DNA of 64,000 bases, from IMG/VR virus record IMGVR_UViG_3300045995_000471; one strand, 5' to 3'. Positions 44,801 to 56,800 of this stretch are shown piece by piece. The notes under the pieces are model-generated. The model did not search any database. It was not told the DNA's origin and worked only from the letters and a program-made list of their open reading frames with translations. The stretch comes from an uncultured virus (IMG/VR IMGVR_UViG_3300045995_000471). Lineage: Duplodnaviria; Heunggongvirae; Uroviricota; Caudoviricetes. The translations under genes were made by a program, and so were the position numbers. Each line of letters opens with the position of its first letter. Positions within the stretch are counted from its first letter, which is position 1.

Positions 44801-47800
44801 CTCTATACCTACAGTTCCAGTTGCTCCGGTAGCAGCCCAGTAGCCGGGTTGGCCCACAGCTTTCATTGCTAATGCTGCGGAAGGAGTGGTGCCGATGGCC
44901 CCAATAAGACCTCCCTCTACAGCCTCAGAAGAAAGTCCAATCTTATCCAACATAGTTCGATATCGAGTTACCTGCATAAGACGAACCATGGCTTCTTCAT
45001 TAGCAGGAGTTCTACCTAACTGTAATGCACCTTGTTGTTTTTTGATAGTGTCCGCACTATCTTTAATCCAGGTTGCTGTTGCTACTAAGCCTTCTCTTAA
45101 ATCTTTACCAACTAGCGAGGCTGCAAAGTCAGTAACTTCTTTTATTTTGGGAACTATGGTAGGACTAATATAATTTAAAGCTTCTGCTACAGATTGGGCA
45201 ATCTTAGTGTAGGCATCCTGTACTGGGGCCTGTACATTAGCACTTACCCATGCGCCCGCCGTGCCTGCTCTAGCAGGAATAACTGGTTCCGGAGCAGGAC
45301 CAGCTCCTATAAATGGGCTAATTCTGTTAATTAGTTTACTTAAGGCTTCTTCATTAAAACCACCTGGAGTGATCACAGACCTAGCCTTCATATATTCTCT
45401 TAACTTATCTATTTGGTCTGGGCCTGTTAATTCTCTTACAAGATCTTGCTGGACGGGTTCTAATGTTGCACGCCCACTAAGCTCAGCCATCTTGGCATAA
45501 TTTGCACCAGCTCCAGTAAATAAAGTCTTACCGAACACAGTCCAACGTGCTCGTAACTGACTCATTTCGGTCTGCGGCATTTCTAATACTGGTGGTAATT
45601 CTCCCTTTGGAATATTAGTACCCTTAGGAGGTTTTCCAAATGGGTATAATTCTTCTTCTGGTCTAGGAAGGGTCAATACAGAAGGTAGTTCTCCTACCCC
45701 TATACCAAGCCCTAATTTAATCTGGTCCCATAAACCAGGTTTGCCGAATGGGTATCGTTGTGCTTCTGTTACTACAGCAGGAACTACAGGGGATTTCTTA
45801 CCAGCAGCTCCAAGTGGTTCCATGACGGGGGGTAGTTGTCCGGTACCTATACCAAGAGCAATCTTAGCTTGCCCCCAAAGTCCAGGCTTTCCAAAAGGAT
45901 ATCTCTCTTTTTCTGGTGCTAATTCTTTTCCTGTGATGAGGCGATAAATATTTCCAGTTTCTGCATCCAACATCTGGTCGAATTCAGAACGACCTTCAGT
46001 ACCTCCCAGAAGACCTGTAATTGCTGCCTGAGCATTCCTAATCGGATTATTAGCCGGAGTAAATCCCCTAGGACCAAAAACCGTAGTTCCTTGTTCGGGG
46101 CGTGAGCCTAATTGGATCTCAGCCAGTCTAGTATAGTCTAATGGAGCCGTATAGATATTGCCTTGAGAAAGAACATTATTATAAGATACTCTTGCCGAAG
46201 CAAGGCCCCTACCTAAACTTTCTTTAATAGATCCGGGATCGGAGATTGCTCCAGCAATGCCATTATAAATATTTGAGGCAATTGAAGATACTGCAGTGCC
46301 TAGTCTATCAGTAGAAACATCACTTAAAGAATTTTTTATTATCGAGTTTATATCCTGGGCCGTGGTAATTGCATCGGCTGCCCCAACAATTAACGTACCA
46401 TACCATTGCATAATGGTTTTACCAGCAGCATTTACGATAGCGGACAAATCACCAGCAATGTTTGATACTGAGGGTTGATAGGTCTTTAATAGAGAAGCCA
46501 TATCACTTTCTTCAGGAATACCTAGAAGTTTAGCCAAATTATCAGCCTTACTAAAATATTGCTGACTTTTCCAAAGGTCAGCGTATTGAGCAGGTTTCTG
46601 GCCCACAGTCATGGCCTGGAATTCTTCTAGAGGAACTCCCATAGATCTAGCAGCCTGACGCATGGCTCCCATATCTCTACCACCTTTAACCTGGAAGAAT
46701 TTATCATAGTCTGGGGTAGCAATCTTTGCCATAAATTCAGCGGGGGACTCGGTACTAAAACTCTTTATTTGCTCGTCTATCTTCTTCATAGAAACATCTA
46801 ATGTTGCATTCACTTGTTCAAGTTGTGCGTGAAGTTTCTTCATACGAACATTTAACATAACCGGAACTGGACCACCCCCAGGAGCTACTTCTTGCCCAAG
46901 TCCACCTAGCGTAGAAAGTTGGCCTAGGATATGCTGCTGTTGCTCATAAGGGGATCTAGGAACTACTCGTGCTGCCCACTGTTCTCCTGCTCCAGGAACA
47001 CCTTCTAATACAGATCTAAGCATTCCCTTCAATTGGTGTGCCCATGTATCTGCGGGGAACAAGCCTTCTAAATGAATCTTGATTAGTTGGCCGCGTTCCA
47101 TGTCTCTAATAGTTGTTAGTTGTTCCTTCAGGACTGATAACATGTCCTTAGCTATTGTACCGGATTTCATAATAGCATTACCAAATGCATCATAGCCTGA
47201 GGCTAATTGAGGTATAATTCTGACGGAATCCCGGAGGGCATTATCTATGGCTTCTTGATATTTCTGTAATTTGTCATAAGGACTTGTATAAGCTGCTGTT
47301 CTGCCAGCATTTAATAACATCCTCTCAGCTTCTGCCTGTCTTCCTTCTGGAGTAGACAATTTTATCTGTTGTTTCTCTAGGCCTTTTTGAAGGGTCTGTG
47401 CTTCTGTATACTTAGTTTCTACATCTTCTATTTGAGCAATCTGAGAACGAACACTTCCGAACTGTGTTTGGGCTTTAGTTAGACTAGCAATTCTGGATTC
47501 TGTAGAACTAAAAACTTCTGAAAGTTTATCCCAATTACTATAAATAAGAGCACCAACAGATGCAATAGGCAAAAGACTTCCTGCTAAACCAGTACCAGCT
47601 CCACTTAGTGATCCTAATGAGAAGCCAATAATCTTCATGGCGATGCCTATTCCAGCAAGAGTACCTGCTAATGGTAGGAGACTCTGATCGGCCCCGCCCA
47701 ACAGAGATAGTGCAGCTGTAGCCCCACCCAACAGAATGGTGAATGTACCTATAGATCCACCCATGGACCCCACAGTAGAGTTAAATCCTCGTCCTAAACT

Positions 47801-50800
47801 AAGAACGAGATACATCATCTTGCCTAGGGTGGTCTCAGCCTGATCCATGCTTTTTATACCTACTACTGAAGAAGCCGCTTCTCTAATAGAAGATATAGGC
47901 GATGCAGCCATTTTACCAAAGGATGTCAAGGCCGGAGCAATACCCGTACTCACACCAAACCTTTGCACACCCGACATGACCGTTTCTATGGTACTAGCGT
48001 AAGCTGCAAATGCACTCAAAGCAACTATACCTTTTTTGATATTATCAGGAATAAGAGTAAATGCTGCAACAATTGAGGAACCTAAATCTACAAAACTCTT
48101 TGCAGGCTCTAGCGCAAATTTACCAAGATCTACAGATAGTTCACCTAGAGTAGCTCTAAATGTTTTAACTTTTCTTTCCAGAGTATCCATCTGGAGGGCC
48201 ATACGTATTTCGGCATCTCCATGAGCATCAGTTGACTCCTTAGCAGCTACTTGTGCTTCTTTGAAATTATCCATCAAGGTTAAGAATGCGTTGTAATGTC
48301 TAGCTCCTGCTATAGACTGTCCTAAATAGAACTGCTCGGAGTCGGCCATATCATCCCATTTATCTTTAATCTCGGTCAAAACCTGCATGCCCGGCTTCAA
48401 TGATCCAGTGGGAAGAACAGTCTCTATCTTCAAAAGGTCTCTTAGTTTATTTCTAATATTGACAGTTTCAATATTTCTAATAATGAATCGGAGAGCAGTA
48501 CCAACTTCCATACCAGTTTGTCGTGTAACAGATCCAATAGCAGTAACAATACCATTCAATTCGTGGAAATTGATGCCAGTCATTTTCGCGGCATTACCAA
48601 CCTTCAACATGGCCTGGGCTAGGTTAGCAGCAGTAATAGCATGTTTTACGTCAACTCTAATCCAGGAATCTAGGTATTGACTAGAATCTTTTATAGTGGC
48701 ACCATAATGCTTAGTAGCAGCAGTCAGATATTCTGTAACCTCTGCTGCTTTCAAATTCATAACAGCGCCCGCCATAGTTGACTCACGAGTCATATCTAAG
48801 ACTTTGGCTTGGCTAAGGCCCTGCTGACCAAAGATAACCATAGCATCTAAGACTTCTCTAATACTTGTGCCATATGTCTTGGCCATGTGAATAGCTTCGG
48901 TTTGCATTTTTCCAAAGTCAGTAGTAGCAGGCTCCATAACCTTTTTAACATTCATTAAGCCAGTCTCTACATCCGCTATTGTACCTAGCATATTTTTAAG
49001 TTCGAGTACACCACCTCCCACCAGAGCACCGGCCAACATAAAATGAGAAGTTAACTGTACGGCACCGAATAAAGTATTCTTCTCGGCCATGACCTTACCC
49101 ATGTCTGTGTATTCAACTTTTACTTGGCCTGCTGCTTCGCCTACTTTTATAAGATCAGCACGAATACTTTTTAGGACACGCCCCGCTTCATCTGTAAGAT
49201 CAAATTTGAGAGGTATTATATCGCCTACTTTAGCCTTAGTATCTACACCTAGAGATTGTTTATAATATTCTATCGTCTTTTGCATACCCAATTCTTGGTC
49301 TTCCATAGAGAGACCACGAGGAGTTACGGGTGCAGCCGCTCTGCTATCTCCTGAGAATCTGCCAGAACCACGTAACTGTCGGGTAGGACCTCTAAACTGT
49401 TCTTCCAGGGCCTTCCAGTATGTGTATTGTTGGATATCTGCATCTGGTTGTTTACCTAATTCATGGACTGAGGATCGCAAGTATGAATGGATAGATGCAA
49501 CGTCTTTGGGTAGGTTTGTAGAGGATTTCATAAGACCAGACATAGTTTCTTGGTAAACTGTACGCGGACTAACGCCTGTATCCGACAAATCTCGCATAGT
49601 AGTCACAGCCTTTTTGGCCATACCTTCTAAACCACGATTTAAAAATGTATCTACATTAACAACCTCATCAAATGATTGTGGCCTGCCTAGCGTAAGATTT
49701 TTTGAATCTTCTGACCCCATAAAACCGCCCGCACGCCCTACTTTATAAGGGTCAGAAAGTGGATGTACCCCACCACCTACAGATGTTCTGGTTACATTGA
49801 TAACATACTTAATTAAGTACTCATCAATATCTTTACTTATTTTGGCAACTAGATCTGTATTACCACCCTTAGCAGCACGGTCAAGTTCTGACTGTAACCC
49901 TTGTAAATGTGTTAGATATATCTCAGAAACCTTTCTAAGTATTCCCTTTTGCGAAGTTAGGGTCCCTCCCGAACTGGGTGTTATTTCGGATTGAAGTGCA
50001 CCAAACGTATCCAAAATCTGGCTTAGAGGCTTGCCTTTAACTCCTGATCCTACCATTCCCTTAATTTCAGGAGGAATCTTCCAAGGCATTTGCTCAGATA
50101 GCCTGTCGCTTCCCGGAGCAAAAGCAGATAATTCATCTCCTAATAAAGGACTTTGCTCTGCATAATACATAGCACGAGCTTTTTCACGTTCGCGATCTTT
50201 ACCCCAGTCTCCAGCTTTATGTCCAAGCCACAAACCTCCCATAGCTCCTAAGACACCACCTAATAATGATCGCCCACCACCGGAGCCTGTCCTCATACCC
50301 AAAAGTGCACCGCCTAGCATACCACCACGACCCATCCAGAGTTTATTAGACTCTACCTGTTCCATACGCTCTGGAGGAACATAGTCTGGTAATATCTTAT
50401 CTAAGCCAGCTTCTTCTAGTTCCTTCCTATTTTTAGCTTCCTGCCAAGCCTGATTACGTCTGTTTCCAGGAGCCTCTTGACCAAACATACCCCAGTATCC
50501 AGATTGAAATTTATCTCCAATATGTCCACCTACGATGCCGCCTCCGATACTTCCTAAGATAGCTCCTAGTATACGAACAGCCGTTGCTGCTTTAGGACCA
50601 CCACCACCCATAGATCTAAGTGCTGTGGCTGCAGGAGTAGCAACTCTTGCACCCATAGCCGCACCCAAGCCCATGGTTGTAGCAGAGATTAATTGTTCAC
50701 CTATTGAACCAGTGATAGCAAGCGTAGGGCTCGCACCCTGTGCAATTTCTTCCTTAGCCTCATGATAGCCCGCCACCATATGACCAACAGCTGGTAATAT

Positions 50801-53800
50801 TCTAACGGCACCGCCTAGAATACCTCTTCCTGCTTCCATAAGATTTCCACTACCTAATGCATGACCGACCTCGCCCATAGTCTCACCGACAGTATATAGC
50901 GGTTGAGTAATAAGTCCACGTGCTGCCAGACCAGCATTAGCCAGTAAGCCAGGTCGGTGTGCTAATCCTCCAAGACCCATTCCTCCTATACGTCCCATTG
51001 CATGACCAAGTTGTCTTTCAACGGGTTCTAAACTCTCTGGACCAAATGGCTGAAAACCAGCTCGGTAATTTGTCATATTTTTAGCAAGATCAGACTGACC
51101 AAGATTATAGATGGTGCCCATTTGATGCCTGAATTCTTCACCTAAAGTAGTGCCTGTTGCATCTCTACCTGGTAAAATTCCTCTCAATGATGACCATATG
51201 GCTGGTCCCATTTGAGTATTCTGTATTGCACCAGTAGGCGTCATATAACTACCTTTACCCAAAGCAGCCAAACCAGCCCCTAAACCACTAAATGCTTCAC
51301 TCATGAATGATGCGGCTTCAGGTATTTTATATTGTGCAGTTTCACCGATGCCCGTACCAGCAGCAGAGATACCTCTAATAAATCGTTGACTAGCGGGAGG
51401 CGTCTGTGCACCTTCCCCAATAATAGTTTCCCAAAGCAATTTCTGTCTTGCCGCAGCATTAATTCTCTGAGCAGATGGTTGTGTTACAGCACCCTGTCTT
51501 GCTGCATTAAAATCCGTCATAGAAGCGAAAGCCGATCCACCAAGTTCAGTTCCCGTAAATGGTATAGCACCTGGAAGATTATATTCTAACATACGCTTAA
51601 GGCCCTGTTTCTCTATCTCTATCAAATGCTCTATTTGTGCTGGTCCCATAGAACCCGCACCTCTAACTCTGGCAGCCTCGCTCCCAAGAGCAGGTATAGT
51701 TTTAAAGGACCCTAATTCTCCTATTCCTGCTTTAGCACCACCTATCTGCTCAGAAGCTAAATCAGATAGAATTTGCTCCATATTCTTAGCCGATACAGCC
51801 GCATCATAAGGCAGACGAGCCACTGCTAGAGGAGCTTGCACACCAAACTTTAATCCTCCCCAAGCTAATTGGCTCCCACCTTTTACATTAGCCCACAAGG
51901 CTTCAGACAAACTAGGGGCTGGCACAGCAGGCTTACGCTTTAGAGGATTTGCTATTACATCTCTCCATATCGTAGAAAAGATACCCCCACCTACGCCCAT
52001 AGGACCACTACCAGTCATGCGTCCTGCTAATAGAGCACGCAGGTTTTGTGTTAATGCCTGGGATAGCCCTCTCTCAGATGCTGGATGCATACCTACATAA
52101 TCAGTAGGACGCTCTTCTTCTTTTAATGGCCTGATCTTGAGAAGATCTTCCATTCTCGGAAGAGTCTCTTCTTGTAGTGCATATGATCCTAGTTGTAGAG
52201 GATCCGCCATTTCTAACTTGAAAGGTGCTCTTCCTAAACTCGCCTGCAGGCCTACCATGGACCCAGCCTTTGTACCCTTACGGAGTAAACCAAGTAGGTA
52301 TGGATCATAGTCTTCTAACATTCTTTGAGGTTTTCCCAAGAATCGTCTTTCACGCATACCAGGATGTACTGCAGCCTTAATTGCGTCATTTACATTTAGC
52401 CCGGTTATAGCATCCAAGATAGGGGGAATACCAAGTGATATTTCAGCACTGCGTGGATACATCGTGCTCCTTGCCTCAGTCCCCCATTCTAATTTCTGTT
52501 TTCTTAGAGAATCAACATCCTGCCAAACGGGACTACCAGCACGTGTGGGTCCTAAATCCTTATAGAAATTAGAACGAATTTGTGCTACTCTCGGATCTCG
52601 GCCTGTTTGCATCTCTGGATGACCCGCAATTAGTTCCTGCATAGCTTCCCATCTTGCGGCAGGAGACTTAGTATAATCTCCAGGTTTTTCTCCTGCTCTA
52701 CGTTGGGCATCATCAAACTGAGCCTTGTATACATCATGAGAGGTGCTTCCAATCGCTTCTTTAATAAAAGAACTTGCCAGATTTGCTGCCTCACCCTGTA
52801 CCGCCTGTTGTCTGTACTTATTCAATACATTACCTGGAGCAGCATTTATATCTAGGTGAGTTTTCTCATGCTGGTACGTTTTCATTATAGCGTCAGCATA
52901 CGATTGTTTCTGTTTACCCGATGCTTCTTGATAAGCCTTGATGGTTTCTGGTGGCATATAGATTTTTCCGCCACCACCCATACCAACTGCAAATCCTTGA
53001 TTAAGATAGCCCATGGATCTTTCAGGAACTAGGTTTCTATCTCGGAAAGGACCAGCATCTACTGTTATTGCGTTAGTCTTTAGCAATTCATCTACAGTTG
53101 TACCACGACCCATACCACGGTTCATGGCTATATTGGCAAGTCTATCGGCTTGTTTATTCTGCTCTCTGGGAACATATTGAAAGTTTATAGAATCAAACTT
53201 TGAAGAAAGGGCATCGGCTTGAGCCTTTAGTTCTTTTATTTGTTCGTTCTTAACCTTAAACTCATTCCGCATCTGCCCTACCATGACCTCAGAATCAGAC
53301 TTAACTTTTAGATTCTGTGCAGAATGCATAAGAGCATTTTGAAGACCCATAACTAAGCCCTGGTATTCAGCAGCCATGCTAGTAAGATCTCCTAAATACT
53401 TGTTAGATTCGGAGATAGTTTGTCCTTTAGGATTAAGCAATACAGATCCAGCACCGGCTGGTCCTGGGTTACCACGAGCACCTGCATCTACCATTAATGT
53501 ATAGGGTTGTTGGCCTGGGCCATAAGAGGAAAGTTGTTTACGCATAAAGGCTAGTTCTGTTTGTGGAGATGTTCCTATATTCTCCCTACCGGCTTTTTCT
53601 CCAACAAGGTCTTGTATCTTAGTTAGTTCATCTAAGATCTCTTGATCCTCGTCAGTCTTTAAGCCACCGGCGAGCTTCTCTTCTAGAGCATGCGCTGCTG
53701 CATCCTCATCGTCACCACCGTCTCCACCATAATTCTGCATAAAATAGGTACGCAGTTTCTTGGTGTCAATCCCAGTCAATTCCTGCCCCGCCATAATATC

Positions 53801-56800
53801 TTTTGCAATAGTTGGCGCCGCTTCCTCTAACATAGCATGTCCTTGTTCATGAGCCATTACATTCATAAAGGCTCGCAGCTCTGCTCTATTTGTTGGAGCA
53901 AATAGTCTTATTGCTCCCTCCTTATATCTACCTTCCCCTGCACCTAGACTATCATCTAGATCTATTTTAGACCCATAAAATTGTCTAGCCTTTGCAGGAT
54001 CTCTTTCTTCCAGTGGTCTTACCTTAGATACTAACCACTGTCCCTTCTGTAAATCCTCACCCTTCGGTTCATACTTGAGAATAGTATAAGTACCGTCAGC
54101 CAGTCCTTTTACACCTTCTAATTTTACCGTCACATATCCTTCTTTTACGCTCTCAATCGTAGCCTTACCAGTGTCAAACGTAGACATACGCCCCGCGCCA
54201 TAAAAACCTTTTGGAATCTCATAGTCACCTTTCTGATAATAATCAATAGCATGGTGTGCAGTAGGCCCTATAGCAAGCCTTCTATCTCCCTGATCCTTAG
54301 GCATAAACTCAGGAACAGCCCATGATTGGAGTTGCCCCCCGATTTCTATCCTCATATCATGGTGTGGTCCCGCTCTCAAAGCATCATGCCTATGCACAAC
54401 AAACCTACCCTCGTCCCCCTCCTTAGCCTCGCCAGGAAACATAAAACCGGTCTCCTTAGAAATAGGAATAGCCTCTGGATATTTAGGTGCTTGTCTTCTG
54501 CTATTTAATACTAGTACAGGATCATAGGGAAGATCAGGCATACCCTTTCCAAATATACTCCTACGTAATTCTTCTTGTGTAGCTACTACTGCATCCTTTG
54601 CGAAAGATGCAATGGGCTCGATACCCGGAGCAGTTACTAGGAATTTTGTTCCCTTCTTAAACTGAGAAGCTTCTTCTGCGGGACGATAGAACTTATCATC
54701 AAGGCCCTTTAGATACTCTTCCATACGGTCTCTAGTAGTTTCTACAACAGGCCAGTCTGCTGGATAAGGACTTCCTGGTGTAAATCCTCGGTCCATTACC
54801 TTTTGATGTTTACCAAGAATACTTGTTTCTGCTGCTTGTTGATCCATCCAAGGCCAACGCATTTCTTCATTAACCAAATAAGGCATAGTTTTTAACTTAG
54901 CCATATCAGGAAAATCTCCCTTCATCCTATTAAGTGATTTGGCTACTACACCCTCTTCTAGGTTTGCAAAGGGTCCTTTTTGTTTGAATATCATATCGGC
55001 AACGTTAGCATCAATAACACCACGATACAATTCTGTGGGAGTCTTTAAGCCTAGATCAGCAGCAAATTTCTTGAACTCATCCACTGGTAAGACTTTACCA
55101 CCGACCTTAGCATCAAACCAAACCAGTGGATCTTTCTGTCCACCCCATTCTCCAAATAGGTCTATTCGTTTTCTATCTTCTTTTACTTTATCTTTGAGAA
55201 GAGGAACTAGCTCCTCATTAACCTGTTCTATGAATGGCCGGTAACGTGCATTAGCCGTCTCAGGATCCAAGGGATGATTCTTTGTGCCATAACCGATTTC
55301 TGTATTGCCCCAACGTAGAGGCGCAGCACTCAATTTAATTTGATGCCCGTGGCTCTTATATTGAGCCGCAGCTTCGTCCCCCAAGAAACCTGGATAATCA
55401 AAAATAGGTTTGATACTAGGATAATCAGCAGGTATAAAGGACCTTATGTTAGCAGGAGCATTAGGACCAAAAGCTTCTCCTGGTGTAAACCTAGGACCAC
55501 CGAAGGCACCACCAGCACCAGGTAATCTACCAGGTAGCCCCTGTAGAGCACGTTCTTCTAAGGTGCCTAAAAATTCTTGTTTTGATCTTTGGAAACGCAT
55601 CGTATAAAAATCAGGAGACTCAGTATCAAGTTCCTTTAATATATTTTCCATACGTTTTTTGAAAACCATATTTATATATCTGGTATAGCCACGATTTTCT
55701 CCGTAAAGCCCCGCCTCAGTCAAAGCCTTTAGTGGATCATCGGCCTTTGCAACTATCTTTTGGGCGCGCTGGTCGAAACTAAAAACCTCAGCCCATTCTG
55801 GCTTGGATAGATCAAACGCCTTATCAAAAATATTTTCTACATCTTCACGTACTTTGTGGGTAGGCTTATTTAATATGTCAGCCAAATCAGTCCCACCAGT
55901 AGCACTAGGACGGAACGGCCACCAAGAAGATTCAGCAGTTTTAGGAATTGCTTTTCCCAGTTTGGACTCAACTTGTCCTAACCGCATGTCTTCCCAACCT
56001 TCTGGGAGGTCTTCACCAAGATGTTCAAACATCTGGCCCATACGTTCTTTTAGTATATTGTTCATATAGTGGGTAACCCCACGGCTGCCTCCATAGAGAC
56101 CTTCAGACCTAAGCCCCCCAATAACATCTCGGTAGTCACCAGCACCAGGAGGCTGTACTCCACGTAGAACAGGATGAGCCATATAGATATCTTTCCAGTC
56201 ATCGGCACTCAACGAACCTGCATGTTTAGAAACAGCTTCTTTCCAACTTTCTTTAAATAGAGGAGAAAATGATTGAGTAATCTCGGGGGACCTACCAACA
56301 ATACCACCTTGTATATCTTCGCGAATATCCCTTCCTCTAGTGGCCCTCCGTAAAGAACGAACATCCATTCCATAACCCATTTCTCCACCCAATAATGACG
56401 CAGTTGCTTCAGTTACCGCTGCTCTTCGGGTTTCAGGGTGCTTTCTAAGTTCGGCTATTATCTCAATATTACTTTTTCCAAACATATCTCCGTGGCCTAT
56501 ATCTTCAAGCCACTGCTTAACTTGTGGTCCAAATTCCTTCATATAAACAAGTCTCTCAATAAGAGAATCAACTTTGAGTCTATATTTGGATTTAGGATCT
56601 GCAACACTATCTATCTCTTCCTTTATCTTATCTATACCAGAATCTTCTCCCATTCCTAAGAGTTTATATGCTGCACCCTGCTGTATCAAACCGTGCGCTT
56701 GGTTCATGGCACTGGTTAATTGTGTTCGATATTTGTCTTTATCTTCAGGTGTTCTGGCTAGAGCAAACTCTCGTAGTGAATCTTCGAATGCTGTCTTAAC

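Noticed and set aside
53115..53505. Retroelement or reverse-transcriptase-associated RNase H
   Set aside because: No RT motifs (YxDD) or integrase nearby; the sequence matches stand-alone RNase HI (DxxxRGNPG).
54020..55420. Complete NHEJ LigD/Ku system
   Set aside because: Only the PE domain and an Rnl2-like ligase core are seen; no primase-polymerase domain, OB domain or Ku gene is recognisable in the window.
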